Shown here: in pieces, positions 1 to 9,046 of the stretch
How positions within the stretch are numbered: the first letter of the stretch is position 1
Layout of the letters: each line of letters opens with the position of its first letter
NCBI GenBank assembly: GCA_041498975.1
Contig: JBGQJI010000012.1
Coordinates: 1 to 30,830 of the forward strand
Origin: Candidatus Methylomirabilis sp.
GTDB taxonomy: Bacteria > Methylomirabilota > Methylomirabilia > Methylomirabilales > Methylomirabilaceae
Direction of reading: 5' to 3'
Length of the DNA: 30,830 nucleotides
Notes under the pieces: generated by a model
What the model saw: the letters and a program-made list of their open reading frames with translations, nothing else
What the model was told of the DNA's origin: nothing
Databases searched by the model: none
Made by a program: the position numbers and the translations under genes

Positions 1-15
1 CGGAATCAGGTACAT
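1..15 (-). CDS. clpP: 5' tip of ATP-dependent Clp protease proteolytic subunit (runs off the window edge)
   Basis: Minus strand reads GGGAG (RBS) then ATG TAC CTG ATT CCG = MYLIP, a typical ClpP N-terminus. It lies directly downstream of tig, matching conserved tig-clpP synteny. Only 5 codons are visible. Confidence 0.7.
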
Positions 16-38
16 ATACGTGCTCCCTTCACTTCCCG

Positions 39-1340
39 TCAGGCGAGGGTCACGAGATTGACCCCCTCCACGACATTGGCCCGCTCGTAGAGAAAATCCA
101 GAGCCTTGCGCTCCAGCAGCCGCCTTTCGATCCCCTCAAGCCGCCCCTCTCGCGAGAGCATCTCACGGAAGGCCGTGGGCTCCTGGTTCAGGACGGAGGC
201 GAGGGAACGGACCTCTTCATTCAATCCCTCCTCTGACACCGAGAGCCGCTCCTGCTTCGCGACCGCCTCCAGAAAGAGGGAGCTTCGCACCCGCTTCTTC
301 GCAAGCTCGACCGCCTTCGTGTGGCCGCGGGCCGTTTCTGCCTCGATCTGAGCGCTTGCCGCCCCTCGGCTGCTCAGGCTCCGCTTCAGTTCGGCAAGGA
401 TATGCTCGACCTCCGCATCGACGAGCGACTCCGGCGCGTCGAATGGGTGTGCGGCCAGCAACCTATCAAGGATTTGTTCCTTCACGTGAGCCACCTGCTC
501 CCGCTCCTTGTGTGCCAGCAAGTCCTTCTTGACCTTCTCCTTCAGTTCGTGGACATTGTCGCACTCACCCACAGATCTGGCGAATTCGTTGTCCAGCGGA
601 GGGACCCGTTTCTTCTTGACCTCTTTGACCGCCACCCTGAAGAGCATGCGCTTCCCGGCGAGCTCGCGTCGTCCGTGGTCGGCGGGAAACTCAAGTGCGA
701 ACTCCTTGGTCTCCCCTTTCTTGAGGCCGTGGAGCTGTTCCTCAAACTCGGGGATAAACTGGCGGGCGCCGAGGAGGATCGAGACATTATGGCCACCTGC
801 CCCCTTGAGCGGCTTGCCGCCGGCGAAGCCCTCGTAGTCGATCACCACCAGGTCCTCGCGCAAGGCTGGCCATCCTTCCATGGGCACGTAATCAGACGCC
901 TGCTCGCGGAGGTACTCAAGGGCTTGGTCCACCTCCGGTTCCGCCACCTCGATCTTGTCCTTGTAGATCTCTAGCCCCGTGTAACTTGACGGCCGCACGG
1001 TTGGCTTGACCTCGAAGCTGGCCCGGTAGCTGAGAGGCTTCCCCTCCTCGCACACCACTTCGTCCACGCTGGGCTCGCTTACCGGATCCAGATTGGCCTC
1101 CTTCAGCGCCTGGGAATAGCTCTCGGGGATCAGCTCCCGCAGGACTTCCTGCCTGGCCTCTTCTCTGAACCGCATGCGCAAGACGTTTCGTGGGACCTTC
1201 CCGGGACGGAAACCCGGAAGGCGAATCTCTTTGGAGAGATGCCGGTAAGCTACCTCCAGCTTGTCCAGGAGGCTCTCGGGTGGCAATTCGATCCGAAGCG
1301 AGCGTTTGGTGCTGCTGATCTCTTCGATATCTACTTTCAT
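39..1340 (-). CDS. tig: Trigger factor (ribosome-associated chaperone/PPIase)
   Basis: GFRPGKVP ribosome-binding signature, FKBP-like domain (FIPEFEEQL..FPADH..ELAGK..F.V.VKEVK) and C-terminal domain. Start placed at ATG 1340 (MKVDIEE) because the longer ORF overlaps the tRNA. Confidence 0.97.
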   Translation of the reverse strand: MKVDIEEISSTKRSLRIELPPESLLDKLEVAYRHLSKEIRLPGFRPGKVPRNVLRMRFREEARQEVLRELIPESYSQALKEANLDPVSEPSVDEVVCEEGKPLSYRASFEVKPTVRPSSYTGLEIYKDKIEVAEPEVDQALEYLREQASDYVPMEGWPALREDLVVIDYEGFAGGKPLKGAGGHNVSILLGARQFIPEFEEQLHGLKKGETKEFALEFPADHGRRELAGKRMLFRVAVKEVKKKRVPPLDNEFARSVGECDNVHELKEKVKKDLLAHKEREQVAHVKEQILDRLLAAHPFDAPESLVDAEVEHILAELKRSLSSRGAASAQIEAETARGHTKAVELAKKRVRSSLFLEAVAKQERLSVSEEGLNEEVRSLASVLNQEPTAFREMLSREGRLEGIERRLLERKALDFLYERANVVEGVNLVTLA

Positions 1341-1370
1341 AAACGCAATGGAGTCTGAGGCGACATGTAA

Positions 1371-1457
1371 TGGTGCGAGAGGGGGGAGTTGAACCCCCAT
1401 CCGCCGGAGGCGGACTGGATCCTAAGTCCAGCGCGTCTGCCATTCCGCCACTCTCGC
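1371..1457 (-). tRNA. tRNA-Leu (anticodon TAG)
   Basis: Minus strand GCGAGAG..TGGCGGAATGGCAGACGCG CTGGA-CTTAGGA-TCCAG, long variable arm, GGGGG-TTCAACT-CCCCC, CTCTCGC-ACCA. Encoded CCA; classic tRNA-Leu-tig order. Confidence 0.97.
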
Positions 1458-1623
1458 GCCAGCCTCCAGCCGTGGACCGCAATCACTATACCACACGGCG
1501 AAGTCCGTGTCTACAAAGCCTCGCCCTGTCCCGACGCGAGAGCATAGCTTTGCCGTCCGATCTTCTAACAGTATTTCCTGGGCGAGTCAACTTCAAAAGT
1601 CTGACACCGAGGGGGGGCGCCGA

Positions 1624-2781
1624 TCACTCCTGGCAGAAAACCCGTGGCAGACGCGGCGAGAGGGCCGTGAGGATCTCGTAGGGGATCGTCCCCAGGCATT
1701 CCACCCACTCACCGACAGAGATGCGCTCCGCTCGATCCTGTCCTAGCAGTGTCGCGATATCCCCCTCGATCGTCTCCGGGACGTCGGTGACATCGATCAG
1801 ACACTGGTCCATGGTGATCATGCCGACCTGACGAACCCGCCGGCCACGCACCAGGAACACGATCCGGTTCGAGAGGGCACGCGGGACCCCATCGCCATAG
1901 CCGACGGCCACAGTGGCCAGTCGCGTCAGGCGCCCTGTCCGATACGTGTGGCCGTAGCTGACCCCTGTCCCCGAGGAGACCGTCTTGACGAAGATGATCC
2001 TTGCTCTCACAGACAGGGCGGGTTGGAGGGAAACCGTGTTGCGGAGGTGGGGCGCAGGGTAGAGGCCGTACTGGGCCAACCCGATTCGGACCATATCGAA
2101 GTGAGTTTTGGGGACCGCCAGCGTCGCCGCTGAATTGGCGAGGTGCACGAGTGGGGGCCGCAAGCCCCGCGCGTCGAGCGCGTCCACCAGTTCCAGGAAC
2201 TGCTGGCACTGGTGGGCGGCCGCGAGGAAGTCCGGGGCATCGGCGGTCGCCAGATGGCTGTACATGCTGGAGACGATGACATTGGGCAGGACCCTCAGTG
2301 AGCGAAGCAGGCCCTGGGCTTCTTGCCAGGAGACCCCGAGGCGGGACATCCCGGTATCGACCTTCAGGTGGATCCCGATCGCGCCAAGGCCGGCCTCGGA
2401 GAACCGACGAGCCTGGGCGAGGCTACAAACTGTCGGCTGCAGGCGATGCTCGGCGACCGCCTCGATCTCCTCTTTGGAGATCGCCGGGGCAAAGAGAAGG
2501 ATCGGCGCCTCGATCCCCCCGTTCCGGAGCAGGATGCCCTCCTCCAGTGTGGCCACCGCCAGCCATGAGGCGCCGGCCGAGAGCGCGGTTCGAGTTACGG
2601 CTTCCGCCCCGTGGCCGTAGCCGTTGGCCTTGACGACCGACATAAGCCGGGTCGATGGGGTGAGCAACCGTCGGATCGCCTGCACGTTGCTGCGTATCGC
2701 GCCCAGATCGACCTCAACCCATGCGCGGTGCGTAGGCGGAACCCGATCGCCGGGCCGCTCCACACCCCCGTCGATTACCAT
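1624..2781 (-). CDS. alr: Alanine racemase
   Basis: PLP-lysine motif VVKANGYGHG, HLKVDTGMSRLG, SHLATAD, GVSYG, GYGDG, TMDQ and TIPYE. Start uncertain (ATG 2781 chosen). Confidence 0.96.
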   Translation of the reverse strand: MVIDGGVERPGDRVPPTHRAWVEVDLGAIRSNVQAIRRLLTPSTRLMSVVKANGYGHGAEAVTRTALSAGASWLAVATLEEGILLRNGGIEAPILLFAPAISKEEIEAVAEHRLQPTVCSLAQARRFSEAGLGAIGIHLKVDTGMSRLGVSWQEAQGLLRSLRVLPNVIVSSMYSHLATADAPDFLAAAHQCQQFLELVDALDARGLRPPLVHLANSAATLAVPKTHFDMVRIGLAQYGLYPAPHLRNTVSLQPALSVRARIIFVKTVSSGTGVSYGHTYRTGRLTRLATVAVGYGDGVPRALSNRIVFLVRGRRVRQVGMITMDQCLIDVTDVPETIEGDIATLLGQDRAERISVGEWVECLGTIPYEILTALSPRLPRVFCQE

Positions 2782-2912
2782 AGACGCATCACTCACTCGC
2801 GCTCTTGCGACACACAATCGGTTGCGACCAGCCGCCACCAGCAGATTTCTGCTCTGTCGTCACTTCTCGCTATCACACCTCGGCCAAAACGTCAAGCTCG
2901 CTTTGCGCCTGT

Positions 2913-2941
2913 TTGACAAACCCGCGGAACCGTGATAGGAA
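2913..2941 (+). promoter_or_regulatory. Putative sigma-70 promoter, divergent from alr
   Basis: Perfect TTGACA (2913-2918), 17-nt spacer, then TAGGAA preceded by TGn (extended -10-like). Confidence 0.4.
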
Positions 2942-3192
2942 GGGCCGTCTCGCCCTTCACCATGGTTGGAAATGCTGCTCTGGAACCGTTCCATGAGCCT
3001 TGTCCTGTCACCCGAAGGGAGAGGAGGTGGGAGGGTGGGGTTCTGGTTGTGAGTAGGCCAAGGGCCATGGGGGCGCATTCGCTTGCATACCGCCGGCAAC
3101 CGGCTCCCATCCTCGAAACGAATAACATCGAGGGTCCTCCCGTCTAAAGAAGTCGCGGGCCATGGGCGCGACGCCGGAGTTCGGAACGAGAG

Positions 3193-3410
3193 ATGATCTG
3201 GATCTCGTTCTGCGCACCAAAGCCGGCGATCGGCGGTGGCGCCCGGTCAGGGACCACCGACATCAATGTTGTCCTCTTGCAGAAAATAACCGTTGCCGCA
3301 GAGGGTGTCGCCGTTCCATTCGTAATCAGAGCCGGCGCAGACCGTATCCTCCGGGAGCGCGATGAGGGTAACAACGTCGTCCCTCTGACGGTGAACGTGG
3401 TGCATCGAAG
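3193..3410 (+). pseudogene. Remnant C-terminal half of a CARDB-like Ig domain gene
   Basis: Frame encodes FVIRAGADRILRERDEGNNVVPLTVNV, matching the CARDB C-terminal pattern (..D...I.E.DE.NN..). There is an in-frame TAA at 3145-3147 upstream, and no RBS or signal peptide. Confidence 0.45.
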
Positions 3411-3626
3411 GCGGGGGGATAAGGGGTGCCGGTGGGCACGCCTGCATCGCGTCATCCCAGGGAGGGTGAGGTGAAGCTTCGCATAACTTGGACGACAAGG
3501 CACACGAGGCGTGATCTGAACGGACGCACTACCAGTCAGATTTCCCACCAAAACGGCCCGGTCGCCCCATGGGTGCCGGCCCATCCGACCAGCAGCAGCG
3601 CTGTTGTCTACAAGGAGGTAGGACAG

Positions 3627-4586
3627 ATGAGACACGGAGTCAAGAGGTCCCGGCCCGTGATTTTCATCGGCCTCGTCTTGGCTTTCTTGGCCGGGAGGGC
3701 TGAGGCCACGCATATAGAACTCAAGCCTCTTGGGTATGCCGAACTCGTCAGCAATGACCGTGTCCAGATTTCGATGGAGAACAAAGGTCCCGACCCTACC
3801 GCGAATTGCCGGGTCGAAACATTACATGCAAACGAGATCATTTTGCGTCTTGACTCCAGCGGATTGGTCGAGGCCAACTGCGACATGACCGTTCTCGCCG
3901 CGCTGGAGAACTCCCACACCATCTTCAGCGTCGGCTTCAAGGTACTCACGCCCCCCGGCCGCCGGCCCCCCGCCCCCCCCGCGTGCGCCGCCAGCAGGAC
4001 GCTCCTCCCAAGCCCGCCCGGCCAACCACCGAAACTGGCCTTTCAGGTCAGGGCAAAGATGACAGTGAAAGGCACCTGTGACGTGCAGGTCAGCCCGACG
4101 GTCCAGGGGCCGCGATTTTATAGCCCGTTTGTATCCCACGCCAAACCTGACCTGACGGTGGCGGACATCCGGGGGGGCCTGTCGGGGGACGCTTGCCTAA
4201 TCATCGTGGATCTGGAGAATCAGGGCGACCCCCAGTGGATGGAGCGGCAGAGCGCCCTCCTGAGCGAGGGGCCGGTGGTGAGCTTGACGAGGACAGGGCG
4301 CCCCCGTTCCTGCGGCCCGCAGGTCGTGAACCTCCTGTCAGCCGACCCCAACCGAATTCTCAACCAGAGCGGGCAACGGCTGAGTTACGCCTGGCCGCAG
4401 TGTCAGGTCACGGGTGGGATGAGCACGTTCACGGCGACGGTGGATCTGGCACATCGGTTATACGATGGCAATCCGGACAACCAAAGCAGGACGGTTCAGG
4501 TGGCCTGCGGCGCTCCGCCAACTTCCTCCGCCAGGGGGGTGCCAGCGCAACCGGGCCCGCAGGAGCCAGCCGCGGGCGGAAGGTGA
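3627..4586 (+). CDS. Secreted protein with C-terminal CARDB-like domain
   Basis: Strong RBS AAGGAGGT; signal peptide MRHGVKRSRPVIFIGLVLAFLAGRAEA; KPDLTVADI..IVDLENQG..FTATVD..YDGNPDNQ CARDB pattern; several Cys pairs. Confidence 0.75.
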   Translation: MRHGVKRSRPVIFIGLVLAFLAGRAEATHIELKPLGYAELVSNDRVQISMENKGPDPTANCRVETLHANEIILRLDSSGLVEANCDMTVLAALENSHTIFSVGFKVLTPPGRRPPAPPACAASRTLLPSPPGQPPKLAFQVRAKMTVKGTCDVQVSPTVQGPRFYSPFVSHAKPDLTVADIRGGLSGDACLIIVDLENQGDPQWMERQSALLSEGPVVSLTRTGRPRSCGPQVVNLLSADPNRILNQSGQRLSYAWPQCQVTGGMSTFTATVDLAHRLYDGNPDNQSRTVQVACGAPPTSSARGVPAQPGPQEPAAGGR

Positions 4587-4780
4587 GACGTCACGCATCC
4601 CGCCTTGGGAGCGACAGCAAGCACTCCAACCGATGATCGCGGGGTGAAGGCGGGTGGTGTGTTGAGCGGCTCTGCATTGTCAGGGAACGCCCGCGCTTCG
4701 ATGAAAACCGCCTGTTTACCCTCCGGGTCCCGGGCAGTCTCGACAGCGACGGTGCTCTCTCCACAAAGGAGGTAGGAGAG

Positions 4781-4897
4781 ATGAACGACAAAGAGACGCA
4801 TGCCTGCCCCATGATTTTCATCGGGCTTGCCCTCCTTCTGCTTACCGCGACATTCGCCGAACCGCGGCTTGACAGTCGAGCGCTTGACATAGTATAA
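4781..4897 (+). pseudogene. Truncated paralog (signal peptide only, 38 aa) of the 3627-4586 gene
   Basis: RBS AAGGAGGTAGGA as upstream of 3627. MNDKETHACPMIFIGLALLLLTATFAEPRLDSRALDIV* aligns without gaps to the signal peptide of the upstream gene, then stops. Confidence 0.6.
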
Positions 4898-4898
4898 G
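4869..4898 (+). promoter_or_regulatory. Putative sigma-70 promoter upstream of rpiA-fbp-fbaB
   Basis: TTGACA (4869-4874), 18-nt spacer, TATAAG (4893-4898). A second TTGACA lies at 4884-4889. Confidence 0.45.
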
Positions 4899-5060
4899 GA
4901 CATAGTCATGTCTGCGGACTCTTGAAAAGGTCTTGGTGTGCCTTGCCTGGCACACCTTCAACGGACTTCCTTCCAGCCCCACACGGTCTCCGTCGCGGCC
5001 CGTGACCGTCAGGGTTCTCACACAACACTCAGTTCAACCGGGAGCCTCTAAAATTATTTG

Positions 5061-5795
5061 ATGGCCGGGGAACCAAGCACGCATAGTCAACGATTGCGCT
5101 CCAGCGGTTCTGCCGCGCGGAAGACGCGTCCGTCCGTGGCCACGCACGCTCTCGAGTTCGTCAAGGATGGCGACGTTGTCGGTCTGGGCACCGGGCGTGC
5201 CGCCACTGCGTTCGTGTATGCTTTGGGGGCAGCGGTGAAAAGGGGGCTGCGAGTCCGGGCCGTGCCGACCTCGGGGGTCACAGCCGATCTGGCGACGCAG
5301 CTAGCCATCCCGCTGGCGAGGCTCGACGAGGTTGTCCGCATTGACGCCACTTTTGACGGCGCTGATGAGGTGGACCCCAGGCTCGACCTGATCAAGGGGT
5401 ATGGCGGCGCGATGGTTCGGGAGAAGATCGTAGCCGCCTCTTCGGGACGCTTGATCATCCTGGTCGGCGCCGAGAAGCTGGTGCCGGCCCTGGGAAGTCG
5501 TGGCATCCTTCCGGTCGAGGTCGTACCCTTTGGGTTGCCCCTTTGCCAGCGTCGCCTCGAAGAGCTGGGCTGTCGACCAACAGTGCGTCTGGTCGATGGC
5601 CAGCCGTTCGTGACCGACAACGGCAACCAGATCCTCGATTGCGGAATCTCCCCGATCCCCGATCCGGCCGCCTTGGAGCAGTCGATTCTCTCGATCCCCG
5701 GGGTGGTCGGCACCGGGCTCTTCATCGGTATGGCCGACACCGTCCTCATTCAAGACGGCGAGACGGTCGAGGTTCGACAACGGTCCGACCGATAA
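5061..5795 (+). CDS. rpiA: Ribose-5-phosphate isomerase A
   Basis: GLGTG, DGADEVD, LIKGYGGA..REKIVA, LPVEV, TDNGNQILD and IPGVVGTGLF motifs. Start uncertain (5061, or GTG 5136). Confidence 0.96.
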   Translation: MAGEPSTHSQRLRSSGSAARKTRPSVATHALEFVKDGDVVGLGTGRAATAFVYALGAAVKRGLRVRAVPTSGVTADLATQLAIPLARLDEVVRIDATFDGADEVDPRLDLIKGYGGAMVREKIVAASSGRLIILVGAEKLVPALGSRGILPVEVVPFGLPLCQRRLEELGCRPTVRLVDGQPFVTDNGNQILDCGISPIPDPAALEQSILSIPGVVGTGLFIGMADTVLIQDGETVEVRQRSDR

Positions 5796-5814
5796 CGACT
5801 GAAATAGAGACTCG

Positions 5815-6822
5815 ATGATCGACAAAGGCATCACGTTTAGCCGTCATCTGCTCGACTACCAGCAGGAATCGTCGGGAGGCGGTCTCGGAACGCTCCTGCT
5901 GCATATTAGCCTCGCCGCGAAGCTGATTTCGCGCGAGTTGAACCGCGCGGCGCTGGTTGGCATGTTGGGAAACACCGGAGAGGTGAACGTACAGGGCGAG
6001 CAGATCAAACAGCTCGACATCTGGTCGAACGACATCCTCGTGAGTGCGCTCAAAGAGACCCGCCTCGTCTGCACGGTGGTCTCGGAGGAGATGGAAGCGC
6101 CGCTTCACTTCGACCGTAACTGTGTCGCCGGGGCGTATGTGGTCTGTATTGACCCCGTTGATGGTTCGTCGAACATCGACACCAACGTCACGGTTGGGAC
6201 GATCTTCTCCGTGCGTCGCCGGCGGGGCCAGGGGCGGGATCACGTCTCGACCGATGTACTGCAAAAGGGCAACGAGCAGGTTGCGGCCGGCTATGTGATG
6301 TACGGCCCCAGCACCGTCCTTGTCTATACGGCTGGCCGGGGCGTGCACGGTTTCACGCTGGATCAGACGATCGGTGAGTACGTCCTTTCGCATCCGACAA
6401 TTCGAATCCCCAAACGAGGCAAGGTCTACAGCGTGAACCAGGGGAACTACCATCGGTGGCATCAGGAGACGCGTCGAGCGGTCGATTATCTGACCTCGCC
6501 CGACAAAGGCACGGGCCGGCCATATTCGCTCCGCTACGTCGGCTCGATGGTCGCGGACCTGCACCGGACGCTGCTCGAAGGGGGGATCTTCATGTATCCG
6601 GCCGAGGCCGGCGAGGGGAAGAAGTCCACCGGCAAGCTTCGGCTCCTGTACGAAGCGGCGCCGATGGGCTACGTCGTCGAGCAGGCGGGAGGCCGGGCCA
6701 GCACCGGGACCGAGCGGATCCTTGACATCGAGCCATCGGACTGTCACCAGCGAGTGCCGCTCTTCATCGGCAGCGCCGAGGACGTCGCGCTTGTCGAGGA
6801 GTTTTGGCTGGGGAAGCGGTAG
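5815..6822 (+). CDS. fbp: Class I fructose-1,6-bisphosphatase
   Basis: NVQGE..KQLD, SEE, DPVDGSSNID, RYVGSMVADLHRTL and GKLRLLYEAAPM motifs. Confidence 0.97.
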   Translation: MIDKGITFSRHLLDYQQESSGGGLGTLLLHISLAAKLISRELNRAALVGMLGNTGEVNVQGEQIKQLDIWSNDILVSALKETRLVCTVVSEEMEAPLHFDRNCVAGAYVVCIDPVDGSSNIDTNVTVGTIFSVRRRRGQGRDHVSTDVLQKGNEQVAAGYVMYGPSTVLVYTAGRGVHGFTLDQTIGEYVLSHPTIRIPKRGKVYSVNQGNYHRWHQETRRAVDYLTSPDKGTGRPYSLRYVGSMVADLHRTLLEGGIFMYPAEAGEGKKSTGKLRLLYEAAPMGYVVEQAGGRASTGTERILDIEPSDCHQRVPLFIGSAEDVALVEEFWLGKR

Positions 6823-6867
6823 TCGGGATCACGGCCCGCAGGCACAGTTAAAGGGAGGAAGACCGCG

Positions 6868-7794
6868 ATGAATAAGCGTATTCGTGAGATCCTTGGCTGG
6901 TACGGCAGCGACAACCCTGGGACCCTGACCAACCTGGCGCGCGTGCTGAACCATGGCTACCTCGCAGGCACGGGGCGGCTGGTGATCCTGCCGGTGGACC
7001 AAGGGTTCGAGCATGGCCCCGCGCGCAGCTTCGCTGTGAACCCCCCGGGGTACCATCCGCACTATCACTTCGAGCTGGCGATCGAGGCCCGGTGCAACGC
7101 GTATGCCGCGCCGCTCGGCTTCCTCGAGGCGGGAGCGGCAGACTTTGCCGGCCAGATCCCTCTGATCCTGAAGCTCAACAACCACGACGTGCTATACGAC
7201 GAGAAAGACCCGCTTTCATCGGTGACCGGAAGCGTCAAGGACGCCCTGCGGCTTGGGTGCGTGGCCGTGGGCTTCACGATCTATCCAGGCTCCGCCCATT
7301 GCAGCGCGATGTACCAACAGTTTCGCGAGATCGCCGCGGAGGGGAAGTCATCCGGATTGGTCGCGGTCTGCTGGTCCTACCCCCGCGGGTCCGGGCTGAG
7401 CAAGGAAGGCGAGACTGCGATCGACGTCGTGGCGTACGCCGCCCAGATCGCCGCGCAGCTTGGTGCGCACCTGATCAAGGTGAAACTGCCCAGCGCCCAC
7501 ATCGAACAGGCGGACGCGAAGAAGGCTTACGAGAAGACGAAGGTCCCCATCGGCACGTTGGCCGATCGCGTCCGGCACGTCGTTCAGAGCGCCTTCGACG
7601 GGCGTCGCATCGTGATCTTCTCCGGGGGGGCGGCGAAGGAGGACGATAACGCGGTGCTGGAGGAAATCCGGGCGATTCGCGATGGAGGCGGATTTGGCAC
7701 GATCATCGGGCGCAACTCGTTCCAGCGGCGCCGCTCAGATGCAATCGATCTGCTCACAAAGATCATGAAGATCTACGCCGGCGAAATGCAGTAG
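6868..7794 (+). CDS. fbaB: Class I (DhnA-type) fructose-bisphosphate aldolase
   Basis: ILPVDQGFEHGP..SFA.NP, WSYPRG, LGAHLIKVKLP (Schiff-base Lys) and IIGRNSFQR. RBS GGGAGG. Confidence 0.95.
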   Translation: MNKRIREILGWYGSDNPGTLTNLARVLNHGYLAGTGRLVILPVDQGFEHGPARSFAVNPPGYHPHYHFELAIEARCNAYAAPLGFLEAGAADFAGQIPLILKLNNHDVLYDEKDPLSSVTGSVKDALRLGCVAVGFTIYPGSAHCSAMYQQFREIAAEGKSSGLVAVCWSYPRGSGLSKEGETAIDVVAYAAQIAAQLGAHLIKVKLPSAHIEQADAKKAYEKTKVPIGTLADRVRHVVQSAFDGRRIVIFSGGAAKEDDNAVLEEIRAIRDGGGFGTIIGRNSFQRRRSDAIDLLTKIMKIYAGEMQ

Positions 7795-7869
7795 CCCCGG
7801 CGACAGCTCCCGCGAGCGAGGCGCATGGCACCATGCGGCCGCCAACGCCAGGGCAACCCTATGGCCCCG

Positions 7870-7908
7870 ACTGGTGAGATCGGCGCAGTAGCGATCTCAC
7901 CAGTTTTG
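7870..7908 (+). terminator. Hairpin/putative intrinsic terminator after fbaB
   Basis: CTGGTGAGATCG-9 nt-CGATCTCACCAG (12-bp perfect stem) followed by TTTTG. Confidence 0.55.
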
Positions 7909-8052
7909 TAATCACACACACCTCCCCAATTAACCGTCCAGAGTAGTCAGCGCTCTCCATTGCCAGATCGAGCCAGTGCTTCCTTGCGAAGAAGATTGTT
8001 CTATGCTTCTGCTCTCGTGATCCCTTTTCCAACACCGCACCAGGAGAAAGGC

Positions 8053-8132
8053 GTCATGGCGAGGAGCATAGCGACAAAGCAAGCTCTAGACTTGCACCGT
8101 TGGTGAGATTGCTTCGCTACGCTCGCAATGAC
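8053..8132. repeat. REP-like palindromic element (GTCATTGCGAG...CTCGCAATGAC family)
   Basis: GTCATGGCGAGGAGCATAGCGACAAAGCAAGCTC ... GAGATTGCTTCGCTACGCTCGCAATGAC imperfect inverted repeat. Same family as 28656-28830. Confidence 0.8.
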
Positions 8133-8379
8133 AAGCCGGAGAGAATCGCTCGTGATGACTATTATTGCAAGGAAGTGCCAGTCGGCACCTTCCCTACAGA
8201 GGACGCAGGAACGAGTCCGGCTCGCGCAGGGTGGCGCTGATCCTCCACAGAGCATGCCGCCCACCTGCTTTGCCCTACCCGCGCACCCGCTTCAAGCGAC
8301 CGGATCTTGGGTTTCAACTTCGAAGCTGGAAGTTGAACGGCACGACTACCCAGAACCTGGAACTCGGAGCACGGAACTT

Positions 8380-8793
8380 TTAGCCGAGACCGAGCACTTT
8401 CGCGGCGCGTTTGAGATCCGGTGGCTTGACCCAGAGGATCGCACCATAGCGACCTGATCCGGCACAGACGGCATCGATAGCGGTCACGTTGATCTTCGCA
8501 TTCGCCAGCTTGCCCAGGATGTCGGCAACGGCCCCGGTCCGGTCTTCACCCTGGATGAAAAAACCGGTTTTTCTCGCGCTGAGCTTCCACCCGGCCTTCT
8601 TGGCGACCTTCATAAAGGCGGCCGGATCTGCGGGAATGAAATCCAACTGGGAGCGACGGCCCTTGGGGAACCCGGAGAAGGCCAGCAGGTTGATGCCTGC
8701 ATCCTTCAACGTGGACAACGCTCGCGCCGCCTCTCCGGGCCTGTTGGGAGTTTCAATGTAAAAGTAGTCTGCTCGACTGATCGTGTCAGCCAT
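8380..8793 (-). CDS. Tandem ACT-domain protein
   Basis: Two ACT-like units: PNRPGEAARALSTLKDAGINL and EDRTGAVADILGKLANAKINV. RBS AAGGAGG upstream. Confidence 0.88.
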   Translation of the reverse strand: MADTISRADYFYIETPNRPGEAARALSTLKDAGINLLAFSGFPKGRRSQLDFIPADPAAFMKVAKKAGWKLSARKTGFFIQGEDRTGAVADILGKLANAKINVTAIDAVCAGSGRYGAILWVKPPDLKRAAKVLGLG

Positions 8794-9046
8794 GGCCGCC
8801 TCCTTGAGGTTGAGTTGTTATGGGCATCAGCAGGATGTAGGGAATTTCCCACCACTGCCGATCTCCGAAGAACGCGATTCATGTGAAATCTTTTGACTAC
8901 GTGCGACATTATTGTAAAATCCACGCCATGTCAACCGATCGGATACCGGAGATTAACCTGCATGGTGAAGGCGTCGCATGCCCTCTCGGACCGGGCAAAA
9001 TCGTCGCCGCTGCGGTCGAACAGCTACTCAGCAGCCCTTTCCCGCG

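Noticed and set aside
1371..1457. tRNA-Leu as an integration site for an island
   Set aside because: Flanked by tig and alr; no integrase and no duplicated tRNA 3' end seen.
3247..3498. Minus-strand ORF ending in TGA as a possible selenoprotein or frameshifted gene
   Set aside because: No redox motif or recognisable SECIS; the + strand CARDB-like reading explains the region better.
3550..4780. Duplicated leader as a known riboswitch (c-di-GMP, c-di-AMP)
   Set aside because: Consensus motifs of those families are not present; kept only as an unassigned duplicated leader.
5020..5060. ACACAAC..TTCAACC resembling half an integron attC site, followed by an IS-end-like GAGCCTCTAAAA
   Set aside because: No complementary second half or matching inverted repeat, and no integrase or transposase in the window.
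5746..6747. Long antisense ORFs (also 13100-14158, 20408-21790, 23632-24648 and others)
   Set aside because: They shadow well-supported genes on the opposite strand. This is expected from GC-rich codon bias, and they have no motifs or RBS.
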